Assembly: GCA_963797095.1 (NCBI GenBank)
Contig: CAWCNY010000008.1
Location: 96,001-160,000 of the forward strand
Origin: an uncultured Chloroflexia bacterium
GTDB lineage: Bacteria > Chloroflexota > Chloroflexia > QHBQ01 > JADMIH01
Reading direction: 5' to 3'
DNA length: 64,000 nt
Part shown: positions 29,566 to 38,965 of the stretch, piece by piece
Position numbering within the stretch: position 1 is the first letter of the stretch
How the letters are laid out: every line of letters begins with the position of its first letter
Position numbers and translations under genes: made by a program
The notes under the pieces: model-generated
Told to the model about the DNA's origin: nothing
Seen by the model: only the letters and a program-made list of their open reading frames with translations
Databases searched by the model: none

Positions 29566-30255
29566 ATGGCAGTCAATACAGCAAACTCCAAAGCCCCAAA
29601 AGCTCACAAGGGATATAAAGGCATCGCCATGGAAGGGCCTATCGCCACCTGGTACGCTCGGAATACTCGCTCCAGGATCGAGGATCAGCGGCGGTTAGCA
29701 CACCTTTTCGCCGAGAGTGTCCCTGTGGGGGGCCGCGTGCTGGAAGTTGCACCTGGCCCGGGCTATCTATCAATTGAGCTTGCCAGGTTGGGGAAGTTTC
29801 GGGTCACGGGCCTCGATATCAGTCAAACCTTTGTCAAAATCGAGCGGCAGAATGCAGCGGAGGCAGGTGTCAACATTGATTTTAACCACGGAGATGCTAC
29901 CAACATGCCGTTTGAGGATAACAGCTTTGACTTTGCCGGGTGCGTAGCTGCTTTCAAGAATTTCGCACAACCTGTCCAGGCCCTCAACGAGTTCTCCCGG
30001 GTCCTCAAACCCGGCGGAACGGCCATGATCGTAGATCTTCGGCGAGATGCCTCCATCGAAGACCTCAATCAGGAAGTAAAGAGGATGAAGCTCAACCCAC
30101 TAAACGCATTCCTCACCAGGTGGACGTTCAGACATGTGCTGCTCAAGAACGCCTACACCCGAGGCGAGTTCGAAGCGCTTGTGGCCGGGACGAACTTCAA
30201 ACAGTGCGATATTCAGAACGACCTGATCGGCATGGAGATAACGCTCAAAAGATAG
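29566..30255 (+). CDS. class I SAM-dependent methyltransferase
   Basis: VLEVAPGPG, GLDIS, GDATNMPFEDNSFD, RVLKPGG. Confidence 0.92.
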   Translation: MAVNTANSKAPKAHKGYKGIAMEGPIATWYARNTRSRIEDQRRLAHLFAESVPVGGRVLEVAPGPGYLSIELARLGKFRVTGLDISQTFVKIERQNAAEAGVNIDFNHGDATNMPFEDNSFDFAGCVAAFKNFAQPVQALNEFSRVLKPGGTAMIVDLRRDASIEDLNQEVKRMKLNPLNAFLTRWTFRHVLLKNAYTRGEFEALVAGTNFKQCDIQNDLIGMEITLKR

Positions 30256-30286
30256 GCCAACATAAGGCGTAGAATAGAGTCGTTTC

Positions 30287-30325
30287 GGGGCCAGGGATGG
30301 CGATACGGTTGCGATCCCTGGCCCC
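30287..30325 (+). terminator. hairpin after the methyltransferase
   Basis: GGGGCCAGGGAT...ATCCCTGGCCCC 12-bp stem. Confidence 0.55.
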
Positions 30326-30633
30326 TCGCTATGCGGCCTATATAGTACGAAAGTTCCGCCTCACCATTACTTAATGCTCAGTCCTACTTCTTGAGATTAA
30401 TTCGCCGGTCACCCTATACTACCATTGATCGTGCCATGCCAGGTACCGGCAGATGGCATATCAAGTATGGGCATTCAGCACCGGGTAACACCTTACCTGA
30501 CCGGCTTATTACCCGGCTTATTCTTCGTTTGTAAATGTTGACCTGGGGCCGGCCAAAACTCGTCACTCGTCACAAATGATCCTTCATGAGCGATATCGCC
30601 GGGACGCTACACTGAAATGAGGGTGCTGCACAT

Positions 30634-31413
30634 ATGGAAGCCATAAACAGACAACTCGACGCCCAGGAGCTTGGAGAGAAACAGGAGCGATCCCTTGCCC
30701 GCATGGAGGAAGCCACAAGCTACCTCATCGGCATGGTCGAAAACCTTCATATAGGGGATATGGCTATGGTCGAAGATATGAAGTACCACCTCCATATCCT
30801 CCAAACCGAGCAGGAAACCTTCAAATCCACTCTCACCAGGCAGAAAATGCAGTTAGCCTTCTACGGTTCATTCGACAAGCTGATTTACGATACCATCCAG
30901 CAGCCTGTATCCCAGGCAATTGACGTGGTACGCTCCATCGTTGAGCAGGCCGAGCGACAGGCCGCCTCCATGGTAGAAGAAGCCCAGCACGAGCGCGACC
31001 TCATCCTGTCCAAAGCTCGTTTGCAGGCGAAGAAGATAAAGAGCAACGCCAACCAGGCTGCAACCAACGGTCCTGCGCAGGCCATGTCTATGTTTCCCAC
31101 CACGCCCCTGCATCACCAGATGGACAAACAGACCGAACTGGTGGTCTCCGGCTTCAAGACATTCAGCCAGACGGTGGAGTTCCAGAAGGCGCTCATGTCC
31201 ATTCCTGAGATCACACACGCCAAGGTACGACTTATACAAAGGGGCCTGGTGAACCTGGAAGTGCGCCACGAGCCGGGCACCGACCTCGCCGAATGCATCG
31301 CTCAGCTTCCGGGCTTCGTATTCCGTACCGTGGCACAGGAGCAAGGTCTGCTCACCCTTGCCCTCGAGTCGGATTTGCCTTCCCACCAATCCCCGCCGGA
31401 ACCGGCAGAGTAA
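30634..31413 (+). CDS. coiled-coil hypothetical protein (DivIVA-like central segment)
   Basis: IVEQAERQAASMVEEAQHERDLILSKARLQAKKI and a small alpha/beta C-terminal domain. First gene of the operon. Confidence 0.65.
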   Translation: MEAINRQLDAQELGEKQERSLARMEEATSYLIGMVENLHIGDMAMVEDMKYHLHILQTEQETFKSTLTRQKMQLAFYGSFDKLIYDTIQQPVSQAIDVVRSIVEQAERQAASMVEEAQHERDLILSKARLQAKKIKSNANQAATNGPAQAMSMFPTTPLHHQMDKQTELVVSGFKTFSQTVEFQKALMSIPEITHAKVRLIQRGLVNLEVRHEPGTDLAECIAQLPGFVFRTVAQEQGLLTLALESDLPSHQSPPEPAE

Positions 31414-31431
31414 TAAGTCCCAGGACAAAAG

Positions 31432-31641
31432 TTGCAAGAATACTTACTGGCATTACTGGGCAGGATATGGCAGGTAATACACATCTGCGTGATCGTGCTC
31501 GTCTGGTTAGCCGTCTTCCTCGGGGCGTTCCTGGGTTATTTCGGATTGCTCGGAGTGGCGGTGGCTCTGTCGCTCTGTATCACTTACCTTATCGTGGCGC
31601 GCCGCGAGAAACAACGCTCCAAGAGCAACAAGCCCTGGTAA
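31432..31641 (+). CDS. small two-TM membrane protein
   Basis: 69 aa, two hydrophobic helices and a basic tail. Fits the operon spacing. Confidence 0.6.
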   Translation: MQEYLLALLGRIWQVIHICVIVLVWLAVFLGAFLGYFGLLGVAVALSLCITYLIVARREKQRSKSNKPW

Positions 31642-31658
31642 GTCAATAAGATACCGAG

Positions 31659-33419
31659 ATGATCACCGCACCAGTTTCTACCTCAAAACAAATCATATCG
31701 CTTGCAGGGCTCGTCCCGAACCCTGATGCGTTGCTGTTGCTTCAACCCCACGAAGCCTACGCCTGGAAGGTGCTGCCGCTAGGCTGGGAAAAGGAGAAAC
31801 TGGTCGTCGCCACCCCGCAGCCGCTCGAACCCCTCCAACTGAGTATGCTCAGGTTGAGGACCAGGTGGTCGATCATTCAGCGCGTCTGCTCTGAGATAGA
31901 GCTAAAGATAGCGCTGGACAAGTATTACGGCAAGCCAAGCCAGCCCCGGAACACGCTCCGCTCAATCGATCCGCTAGCCTTGTTGCGCGCCCTCGACATA
32001 GTGCCCAATGAGGTTGTGCGCCTCGCGCTCGGCCAGCAAGTCTACAATCGGGACGCCAGCGATAGCTGGCTTGATTGGTTGCAGCACCAGGGAGAGATCA
32101 GTGTTGAGCAGGTTACGCTGCTACGGGCGGCCCAGCACAACCGCCCCTACCTGCGCGTCACCCGGTTCAGCAGCCCACCCGGATTGGCCGTAATCGTCCC
32201 CGCGCTGCTCGCTGCTCGTTGGAATGCTGTGCCGTTCTATGCGGACGCCCATCGAGTATGGGTATATACGCCGGGCGATTCCCCGCTCCTGAATCCTGAC
32301 GAGTTGTCGCGCACAGTTGGCCTTGAGGTGCGCCCTGTCTTCGTTACCAGGACCCAATGGGACATAGCCTTTATCCGCCTCTATAAAGGAGCGCAATCGC
32401 AATCCGGCCCGGCGCACACCGTAGACCACATCCTCACAAATGAAGACTGGCTCAGCGCCTCCCAGAAGGCCCAGGCGCGTGAAGTGACGCGCCGCACCGG
32501 CACCCCCATATCTGCTCTGGCTCGCGGGAAAGGGTGGCTGGCAGAGCAAGATTGGCACAAAGTCGAGGCCCGCCGCTGGGGCCTCATCCCAGGTTACGAG
32601 GCGAAACCAGGTGATACCGCTACCCTGCAAGGGCTATCTTTCACAATCGATCTCTGCAAGCATTGGGGGGTGGTACCTCTCGCGTTGCGCGAAAATGACC
32701 TGCACATCGGCCTCTCTCAGACCGCACAAAGCCAGTTGATCTCGGCTGTATCCGCCATTACAAAGCACCCTGTCCACGCGCACCTGCTTACCAAAGAGCA
32801 ATACAAACGAGCCTGGAGCCTCTATTTCGAGCAAGACCGTAATATAGTCTCGCCGGTGCCTACACTTGACGAGTGGCTCCTGGCCGGGGTGTATACCACC
32901 GCGGACCAGATGGAAAAAGCCCTGGAACACGGCCAGGCCGAGAAGAAGCAGTTGGATGAAAGCCTTCTCGCGCTCGGCCTTGTAAGCACCACCGACCTCG
33001 CCGAGGTATTGAGCCTGCAAAGTGACCTCCCCTGGTTCCCCCTTGAAAACCCACCGCGCCCACTCTCCCTGGAGCAGCGCGTAGCGCTCCCTGCGGAGCA
33101 GCGCGTAGCGCTCCCTGCGGAGCAGCGCGTAGCGCTCCCTGCGGAGCAGCGCGTAGCGCTCCCTGCGGAGCAGCGCGTAGCGCTCCCTGCGGAGCAGCGC
33201 GTAGCGCTCCCTGCGGAGCAGCGCGTAGCGCTCCCTGCGGAGCAGCGCGCCAGGCTTGGTATGGCTCGCACAGTGGTGCCGTTGGTCGACCTCGGACGCT
33301 CACCTGATGGGGTAAAATCGGTGCTTGTGGCCGTGTCCGACCCATATGAATTGAGTGGGCAGAACAAAGGAGACCCGGAGGACGAAGGACAAAGGCCGGA
33401 AGGCGAAGGAGAGTTCTGA
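31659..33419 (+). CDS. T2SSE_N/MshEN-like repeat protein, probably the 5' part of a frameshifted synthase gene
   Basis: About four GspE-N-like units (A..WKVLPL..LVVATPQP, AARWNAVPF, CKHWGVVPL, RTVVPL..VAVSDP) and an MshEN-like LDEWLLAG..LDESLLALGLVS..L..VLSLQ. Confidence 0.75.
   Translation: MITAPVSTSKQIISLAGLVPNPDALLLLQPHEAYAWKVLPLGWEKEKLVVATPQPLEPLQLSMLRLRTRWSIIQRVCSEIELKIALDKYYGKPSQPRNTLRSIDPLALLRALDIVPNEVVRLALGQQVYNRDASDSWLDWLQHQGEISVEQVTLLRAAQHNRPYLRVTRFSSPPGLAVIVPALLAARWNAVPFYADAHRVWVYTPGDSPLLNPDELSRTVGLEVRPVFVTRTQWDIAFIRLYKGAQSQSGPAHTVDHILTNEDWLSASQKAQAREVTRRTGTPISALARGKGWLAEQDWHKVEARRWGLIPGYEAKPGDTATLQGLSFTIDLCKHWGVVPLALRENDLHIGLSQTAQSQLISAVSAITKHPVHAHLLTKEQYKRAWSLYFEQDRNIVSPVPTLDEWLLAGVYTTADQMEKALEHGQAEKKQLDESLLALGLVSTTDLAEVLSLQSDLPWFPLENPPRPLSLEQRVALPAEQRVALPAEQRVALPAEQRVALPAEQRVALPAEQRVALPAEQRVALPAEQRARLGMARTVVPLVDLGRSPDGVKSVLVAVSDPYELSGQNKGDPEDEGQRPEGEGEF
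33071..33249. repeat. 24-bp in-frame tandem repeat GGAGCAGCGCGTAGCGCTCCCTGC x7 (EQRVALPA)
   Basis: Seven identical units plus an 11-bp partial. Confidence 0.95.
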
Positions 33420-35856
33420 GGGTCTCAGCAAGCCCAACCTTAAGTTGCAGCCCTTGATTGTGCCCCGTGGCGCGCTGAAGTTGGCCGCCGATCTCAGCGA
33501 GGTAGGCTACAGTAGGCTGGAAGATTTCCTGCGCTATCTTGTGCAGAGGCGCTATCTGCGGCCTGAGCGCATGCCTGACATACTACAGGGCGCTCTCTCC
33601 GGCGCGCAGCCCCTCGATATGCTGCTAGTGCACGATCTGCCCGATGCCCTCACCGTCTATAAGGCCCTGGCAGACTTTACCGATCTGTCTCTCGTGCACC
33701 TGGAACCTGAATACAGGCAGGAAATGGTGGTAGACGCCCTGGGCAGGGTGAAGCGGCGTACCGCCATCCACGATCCTGTATCGACCAAGCCCAAACACTT
33801 TGCGCTTTTCGACGTGCAGCGCTGGACAGCTATGCCGGTATGGGAGGCCGATGGCCGCCTCATTGTAGCGATCGCCAACCCCCTGGATGAAGAGGCACGC
33901 AACGCCATCGAAGCAGCGATAGCCCCTGTTGGCGTCACCTGGGTGGTAAGCCCGCGCCATGAAGTGCTGGCGGCTATCTCTCGCAAAACCGGGCGCAAGA
34001 CCATCGGCACCTATCTGCTGGAAGCAGGCATCATCACCGCCGGTGCCCTGGACGAAGCCCTTGCCCTCTCGCAGAGGGTGGGTATTCGGGTGGGCCGTGC
34101 GCTGGTGCTATTGCGGCACACCAGCCAGGAGGAACTGGTATCGTTCCTGGCACGCCAGCAGCGCCTCCCCTTCTTCGACCTCGACCCTTCTATGATCGAA
34201 CAACCTATCGCCCGCCTCCTGCCTGAGCGCGAGGCTCGCCTCTACGGGGCCCTCCCCGTGGCCGTCGACGACCAGAGCATCATGGTGGCAATGGTCGACC
34301 CCCTCGATACAGAGGCCATCAAAAATGTGGCCGCCATTCTTGACCGAGAGGTAGTGGTCGGGATCACCACCGAAGAAGCCTTCGAGCGCACCCTCGAAAT
34401 GCTCTACCAGGAGGACTACACGTATAAAAGCACCCAGGACCTCTTCTTCCGCTACCCCGAAGAGTCGGCGTTCAGGGTCATCACCCCCTCCCAGAAGATC
34501 ACGCTGGCCGTCATCGGGGTAGTCATCTTGCTCGCCCTCTTCTGGAATCCTGTGGTCCTGCTCGTCACAGCCAACGCTATCACAACTGCTTTCTACCTGG
34601 CCTTCTCGTTCCACCGGTTCTATCTCGTCTACCGGGCGCTCTCTCATGACCTGGAGGTTCCCGTCAGCCGGGAGGAGATCGACGCCCTCGAAGATCGCGA
34701 CCTGCCAATCTACACCATCCTTGTGCCCTTATATAAGGAAGCCGCCGTGCTCCCCAAGCTCATGCACTCCATCACCGGGCTGGACTATCCACTCGCCAAG
34801 CTGGACGTAAAGCTGCTCATGGAGTTGAACGATCAGGAGACGATCAGGGCAGCGCAGGCCCTCGACCTACCCCTCAACTTCGAACACCTCATCATCCCCA
34901 ACTCCAAGCCCAAGACCAAGCCCAAGGCGTGCAACTACGGCCTGATCAAAGCAAAAGGTGAGTACGTGGTGATCTACGATGCCGAGGACATCCCCGACCA
35001 CGACCAACTCAAGAAAGCCCTGGTGGCCTTCGAGAAGAGCGGCCCCCTAGTGGCGTGCATTCAGGCCAAGCTCAACTACTTCAACCGCAACCAGAACCTC
35101 CTTACCCGCTGGTTCACCACCGAGTACTCAATGTGGTTCGACCTATTCCTGCCGGGGTTGGACGCCTCCGGCGCGCCCGTGCCCCTGGGCGGCACATCCA
35201 ATCATTTCCGCCGCCGCCTGCTCGAAGAATTGGGCGCGTGGGACCCCTTCAACGTGACCGAGGATGCCGACCTGGGCGTGCGCCTCTACAAGGCGGGCTA
35301 CAAAACGGCCATGATAGACTCCACCACCTTCGAGGAAGCCAACAGCGACCTTGCCAACTGGGTGCGCCAACGATCCCGCTGGGTGAAGGGCTACATTCAG
35401 ACCTGGCTGGTGCACATGCGCCACCCGGTCGCCCTGTGCCGGGAGATAGGGCCTAAAGCATTCCTCGGCTTCAACCTGACCGTGGGCGGCACCTTCATCG
35501 GCTTCCTGCTCAACCCCATTTACTGGCTCCTCACCGCCCTCTGGTTCCTCACCGAGTGGAGCGTGGTCCAACAGATGTTCCCGCCCGCCATCTATTACAT
35601 AGGCGCGGTCAATCTCTTCATCGGCAATTTCGCCTTCACCTACATGAACGTGGCAGGATCTCTACGTCGTGAATTCTACGACATGGTCAAATACGCCCTT
35701 CTCAGCCCCATCTACTGGATTCTGATGAGCATAGGCGCGTGGAAAGGCTTCATCCAGCTTCTCTACAAACCCTTCTACTGGGAAAAGACCATCCACGGCC
35801 TCGACAAAGGTGTGCCCAACATGCAGAAGGCCAACAGCCTGAAGGACCTGGTGTGA
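33355..35856 (+). CDS. processive GT2 polysaccharide synthase with N-terminal MshEN/T2SSE_N domains
   Basis: TIGTYLLEAGIITAGALDEAL..RVGRALV..FLARQ, YTILVPLYKE, TKPKACNYG, IYDAED, VTEDADLG, QRSRW, TM helices and WEKTIHG. Confidence 0.92.
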   Translation: MGRTKETRRTKDKGRKAKESSEGLSKPNLKLQPLIVPRGALKLAADLSEVGYSRLEDFLRYLVQRRYLRPERMPDILQGALSGAQPLDMLLVHDLPDALTVYKALADFTDLSLVHLEPEYRQEMVVDALGRVKRRTAIHDPVSTKPKHFALFDVQRWTAMPVWEADGRLIVAIANPLDEEARNAIEAAIAPVGVTWVVSPRHEVLAAISRKTGRKTIGTYLLEAGIITAGALDEALALSQRVGIRVGRALVLLRHTSQEELVSFLARQQRLPFFDLDPSMIEQPIARLLPEREARLYGALPVAVDDQSIMVAMVDPLDTEAIKNVAAILDREVVVGITTEEAFERTLEMLYQEDYTYKSTQDLFFRYPEESAFRVITPSQKITLAVIGVVILLALFWNPVVLLVTANAITTAFYLAFSFHRFYLVYRALSHDLEVPVSREEIDALEDRDLPIYTILVPLYKEAAVLPKLMHSITGLDYPLAKLDVKLLMELNDQETIRAAQALDLPLNFEHLIIPNSKPKTKPKACNYGLIKAKGEYVVIYDAEDIPDHDQLKKALVAFEKSGPLVACIQAKLNYFNRNQNLLTRWFTTEYSMWFDLFLPGLDASGAPVPLGGTSNHFRRRLLEELGAWDPFNVTEDADLGVRLYKAGYKTAMIDSTTFEEANSDLANWVRQRSRWVKGYIQTWLVHMRHPVALCREIGPKAFLGFNLTVGGTFIGFLLNPIYWLLTALWFLTEWSVVQQMFPPAIYYIGAVNLFIGNFAFTYMNVAGSLRREFYDMVKYALLSPIYWILMSIGAWKGFIQLLYKPFYWEKTIHGLDKGVPNMQKANSLKDLV

Positions 35857-35858
35857 CG

Positions 35859-37559
35859 ATGTCGCTTGTTACGACAAGAGACGAAAGACGCAGGACTGAC
35901 GATGGGCTACGGACCGCAGACGATAGCTCCGCTCCTTCGGTTGCTGCCGTTCGTCCTGCGTCTTTCGCCCTTCGCCTTTCGTCCATCCTGGTGCGCAACC
36001 AGAATCTCCTCCTTTTTGTCGCGACAACAGCGCTCTTCATCGGGCTTGCGGCATGGCTGAGCTTCGGCGTGCAACTCGCCCTCGGTGATGCCCTTAGCCG
36101 CACTCTCAGCGCCGTTCGCATCGAGCACTCCCGCTTCCCCCGTCTGGCAGCCATAGGCTTCGTGTGGCCTCCCCTCCCCACGATGGCGCAACTTCCCCTC
36201 GTCATCAATCCCAACTGGGCCTATTACGGCTTCAGCGGCGGGATAATGACTGCCATCTCGGCGGGCGGCATGCTGGCCGTGCTCAACGGGGCTTTGCGAT
36301 GGGCAGGCATAGGCGGCGGCTGGCGGGCGGGCGCGCTCCTCCTCTTCGCTATAAACCCCATGTGGCTCTTCTACGCTGGCAACGGCATGAGCGAGATGCC
36401 CTTCCTCCTCTTCTTCACCATAGCGAGCGCCGCTTTCATCCGGTGGCAGGCGGGCGGGCAGTGGCGCGACCTGGCCGTGGGCGGCATCGGAACCGCCCTC
36501 ATGTTCGGCTGCCGCTACGATGGCATACCCTACGCTGGCGTCTTCGTGGTAGGTATGTGCCTCGTCTTCATCCTGCGGGGGCGCGCTTTCCACCCACCCC
36601 GCATCGAGGCCAACCTGCTTGCCTACCTCGTGCCCGTGACCTACGCGGTCGGCCTCTGGCTCTACTTCAACTACCTCATCATGGGCGACCCTCTCTTCTT
36701 CGCCCACAACCCCTACTCCAACACCTTCATCGTGCGCAACGTCGCGTCCAACGCCGCCGTTATCGCCCTCGGTAGCTCGTGGGGGGCCACCGCCCAGTTC
36801 ATGTTGATCACCCTCCTGGGCCTGTCGCCCCTCCTGCTTGCTCTGCTCGTGGCCGGCCTCGTCGAGATAGTGAGGCGGCGCGACGTGGGCATGGCGACTG
36901 TCATCCTCGTGCTATTTGCGGTGCCCCTGTTCCAGCTTTACAGCTATCGCACCGGGCAAACCTTCGGATTCTTGCGCTTCTTCATAAGTGTGCAACCCGC
37001 CGGGCTCCTCCTGGCCGCCGCTATCGTGCGCGACTGGAAGGGTTGGGCGCGGCGGGCGCTCCTCATCGGCACCCTGTTACTACTCGCCCTCGGCATGTGG
37101 ACCAGCGCCGAAGCCATGCAGAAGGCGGGGCCGAAGCAGATATTTGCCGATCAGATCGTCTTTGAGGAAACCGGCTTCGTACACGCTCTGCTGAACCCAA
37201 CCGCCCCCATCGACAACTACGCTGTCCAGCGCAACGCCGCCGATGTCCTGCAATCGCGCTTCCTGGATAAGCCTGTGACCATCATGGGCGACATCGATAC
37301 AGACGAGGTTGTGCTCTTTAGCGCCATGCCGCAGAAGTTCATTGTGCCGAGCGACCCCGATTTCAACAGTGCCCTGCGCAGCCCCGCCTCCTATGCCGAT
37401 TACATCCTGGTCTCCCAAACGAGCGCCGATGATCCGCGGTTCAGGGTGATGCACGAAGCCTACCCGAACCTTTACGACAACGGCACGCCGGGCTTTGTGC
37501 TCGACAGCCAGATCGGGCCGTTCCGCCTCTACCGCAGCCTCTCAAGGAGCGCCCCATGA
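35859..37559 (+). CDS. GT-C fold (GT39/ArnT-like) membrane glycosyltransferase
   Basis: GDALSRT, IGFVWPPLP, NPMWLFYAGNGMSE, RYD, GDPLFF, many TM helices and a soluble C-terminal domain. Confidence 0.75.
   Translation: MSLVTTRDERRRTDDGLRTADDSSAPSVAAVRPASFALRLSSILVRNQNLLLFVATTALFIGLAAWLSFGVQLALGDALSRTLSAVRIEHSRFPRLAAIGFVWPPLPTMAQLPLVINPNWAYYGFSGGIMTAISAGGMLAVLNGALRWAGIGGGWRAGALLLFAINPMWLFYAGNGMSEMPFLLFFTIASAAFIRWQAGGQWRDLAVGGIGTALMFGCRYDGIPYAGVFVVGMCLVFILRGRAFHPPRIEANLLAYLVPVTYAVGLWLYFNYLIMGDPLFFAHNPYSNTFIVRNVASNAAVIALGSSWGATAQFMLITLLGLSPLLLALLVAGLVEIVRRRDVGMATVILVLFAVPLFQLYSYRTGQTFGFLRFFISVQPAGLLLAAAIVRDWKGWARRALLIGTLLLLALGMWTSAEAMQKAGPKQIFADQIVFEETGFVHALLNPTAPIDNYAVQRNAADVLQSRFLDKPVTIMGDIDTDEVVLFSAMPQKFIVPSDPDFNSALRSPASYADYILVSQTSADDPRFRVMHEAYPNLYDNGTPGFVLDSQIGPFRLYRSLSRSAP
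35882..35967. repeat. 15-bp perfect inverted repeat within degenerate heptamer tracts
   Basis: CGAAAGACGCAGGAC (35882-35896) / GTCCTGCGTCTTTCG (35953-35967). Confidence 0.85.
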
Positions 37560-38965
37560 TCCGGCAGCCTGCCAAATATCAGGTATCGCGTGGTCGCTAC
37601 CGGGCGGAAAGCAAGGCGCACATATCCACGCCCGGCATCTGGTTGGCTGCGCTCGCCATCTTTCTGGCCTGTATAGCCCTGGCAACTTGGGCCACTACCG
37701 CCTTTGACCTGATAGCGCCCGATGTTCCTGCCCGCACAGGCACCGCAGCCGCCATGCTCTGGAGCCGCAACCCGCACTACGGAGCGCTCCTCACCGCCTG
37801 GCCTCCCCTCGCTACCGCTCTGCAATTGCCCCTGGTTTGGCTTATGGGCGCGGTCTTTAGCGCGCCCCAATTTGCGGCCAATCTCCTTTCCGCGCTTGCG
37901 ACCGCCTTCTCTGTGCCGGTCCTGTACAAGATGTTCGAGGCCCTTGACTTAAGGGGCGGCTGGCGCATGGCGCTCATGCTTCTTTATTTCGCCAACCCTC
38001 TGGTTCTCCTCTATACCGTGAGCGGCTCAAGCAACGCGCTTCTCCTTAGCTGCCTCATCTTCGCGACATACGGTTTCGTGCGCTGGTGGCGGCTCGACCA
38101 GGCAGGTTACATCGGCCTGAGCGGGCTGGGCGTGACCGCCGCCTTCCTGGTCAGCTACTGGGCGCTGCTCTTCGCCCCTCTATTGGCTGCCGCCTTCATC
38201 TACGGATCCCACAGGCGCGGCGCACCCCACCCCTGGGTACGCCTCACCCTTTTCGCGATGACGCCCTTCTACACCCTCCTCTTCTGGCTCGCCTTCAACT
38301 TCATCTCAATGCGAGACCCCTTAGCCTTCCTGCACTCCAACACACTTGCTTCTTTGCCGGGCAACCCGCTCAACGACCCGGCAAGTGTATCGGTTTACGC
38401 TTTACCGGTCGCCTTCATTCTGCTTGCTTTGTTGCCCCAGAGCACAGCCAATTCTCCGCGCGCCTACGGAGTATGGATTGCGACGCTCCTCGCGGCCAGC
38501 CTCTTAGCCGCAGGCATCATTGTGTTGCCTGGTCAAGGCATAAATGGCGCATTGAACGATACAACCTCTCTATCCAACCCTACCCTCAACCTAACCGAAG
38601 AGCACGCTGTCGGCGACTACCTGCGCGCCCAGGTCCGCGCGAATGCCCTCATTCTGCTGGACGAGGGCGACAACTATTCGATTATTGAAAGAGCAGGCCA
38701 TCCGCAACGCTTCGTCATACCGAGCGACCTCGACTACGACGACCTCGTAGCGAATGCACCTTCGCAAGTTGATTACATCCTGGTGCAGAAGAGCACAAGC
38801 CTACCGGGAGCGCTCCGGCAAGCCTATCCCATGCTTTACGAGGGCAGATGGCTCTACTCCCAACTTGAACACGATTTCGGCGGAGAAATGGGCTGGCGAC
38901 TCTACCGTGTCAGCCCCCCCAACGCTGGCGGTTGCCGATTGCCGGCCAAAGGAGATATATCATGA
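37556..38965 (+). CDS. second, more degenerate GT-C-like membrane protein
   Basis: Paralog of the preceding gene: PDVPART, AWPPLA..LQLPLV, NPLVLLYTVSGSSN, RDPLAF, FVIPSDLDY..DYILV. Confidence 0.7.
   Translation: MIRQPAKYQVSRGRYRAESKAHISTPGIWLAALAIFLACIALATWATTAFDLIAPDVPARTGTAAAMLWSRNPHYGALLTAWPPLATALQLPLVWLMGAVFSAPQFAANLLSALATAFSVPVLYKMFEALDLRGGWRMALMLLYFANPLVLLYTVSGSSNALLLSCLIFATYGFVRWWRLDQAGYIGLSGLGVTAAFLVSYWALLFAPLLAAAFIYGSHRRGAPHPWVRLTLFAMTPFYTLLFWLAFNFISMRDPLAFLHSNTLASLPGNPLNDPASVSVYALPVAFILLALLPQSTANSPRAYGVWIATLLAASLLAAGIIVLPGQGINGALNDTTSLSNPTLNLTEEHAVGDYLRAQVRANALILLDEGDNYSIIERAGHPQRFVIPSDLDYDDLVANAPSQVDYILVQKSTSLPGALRQAYPMLYEGRWLYSQLEHDFGGEMGWRLYRVSPPNAGGCRLPAKGDIS

Noticed and set aside
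30420-30630. Riboswitch upstream of the polysaccharide operon
   Set aside because: Some pairing (CCGGGTAA/TTACCCGG) but no consensus I can recognise. An Rfam/Infernal scan would be needed.
31659-35856. Type II secretion / type IV pilus ATPase
   Set aside because: Only the N-terminal T2SSE_N/MshEN modules are present. There is no Walker A ATPase domain and no pilin genes.
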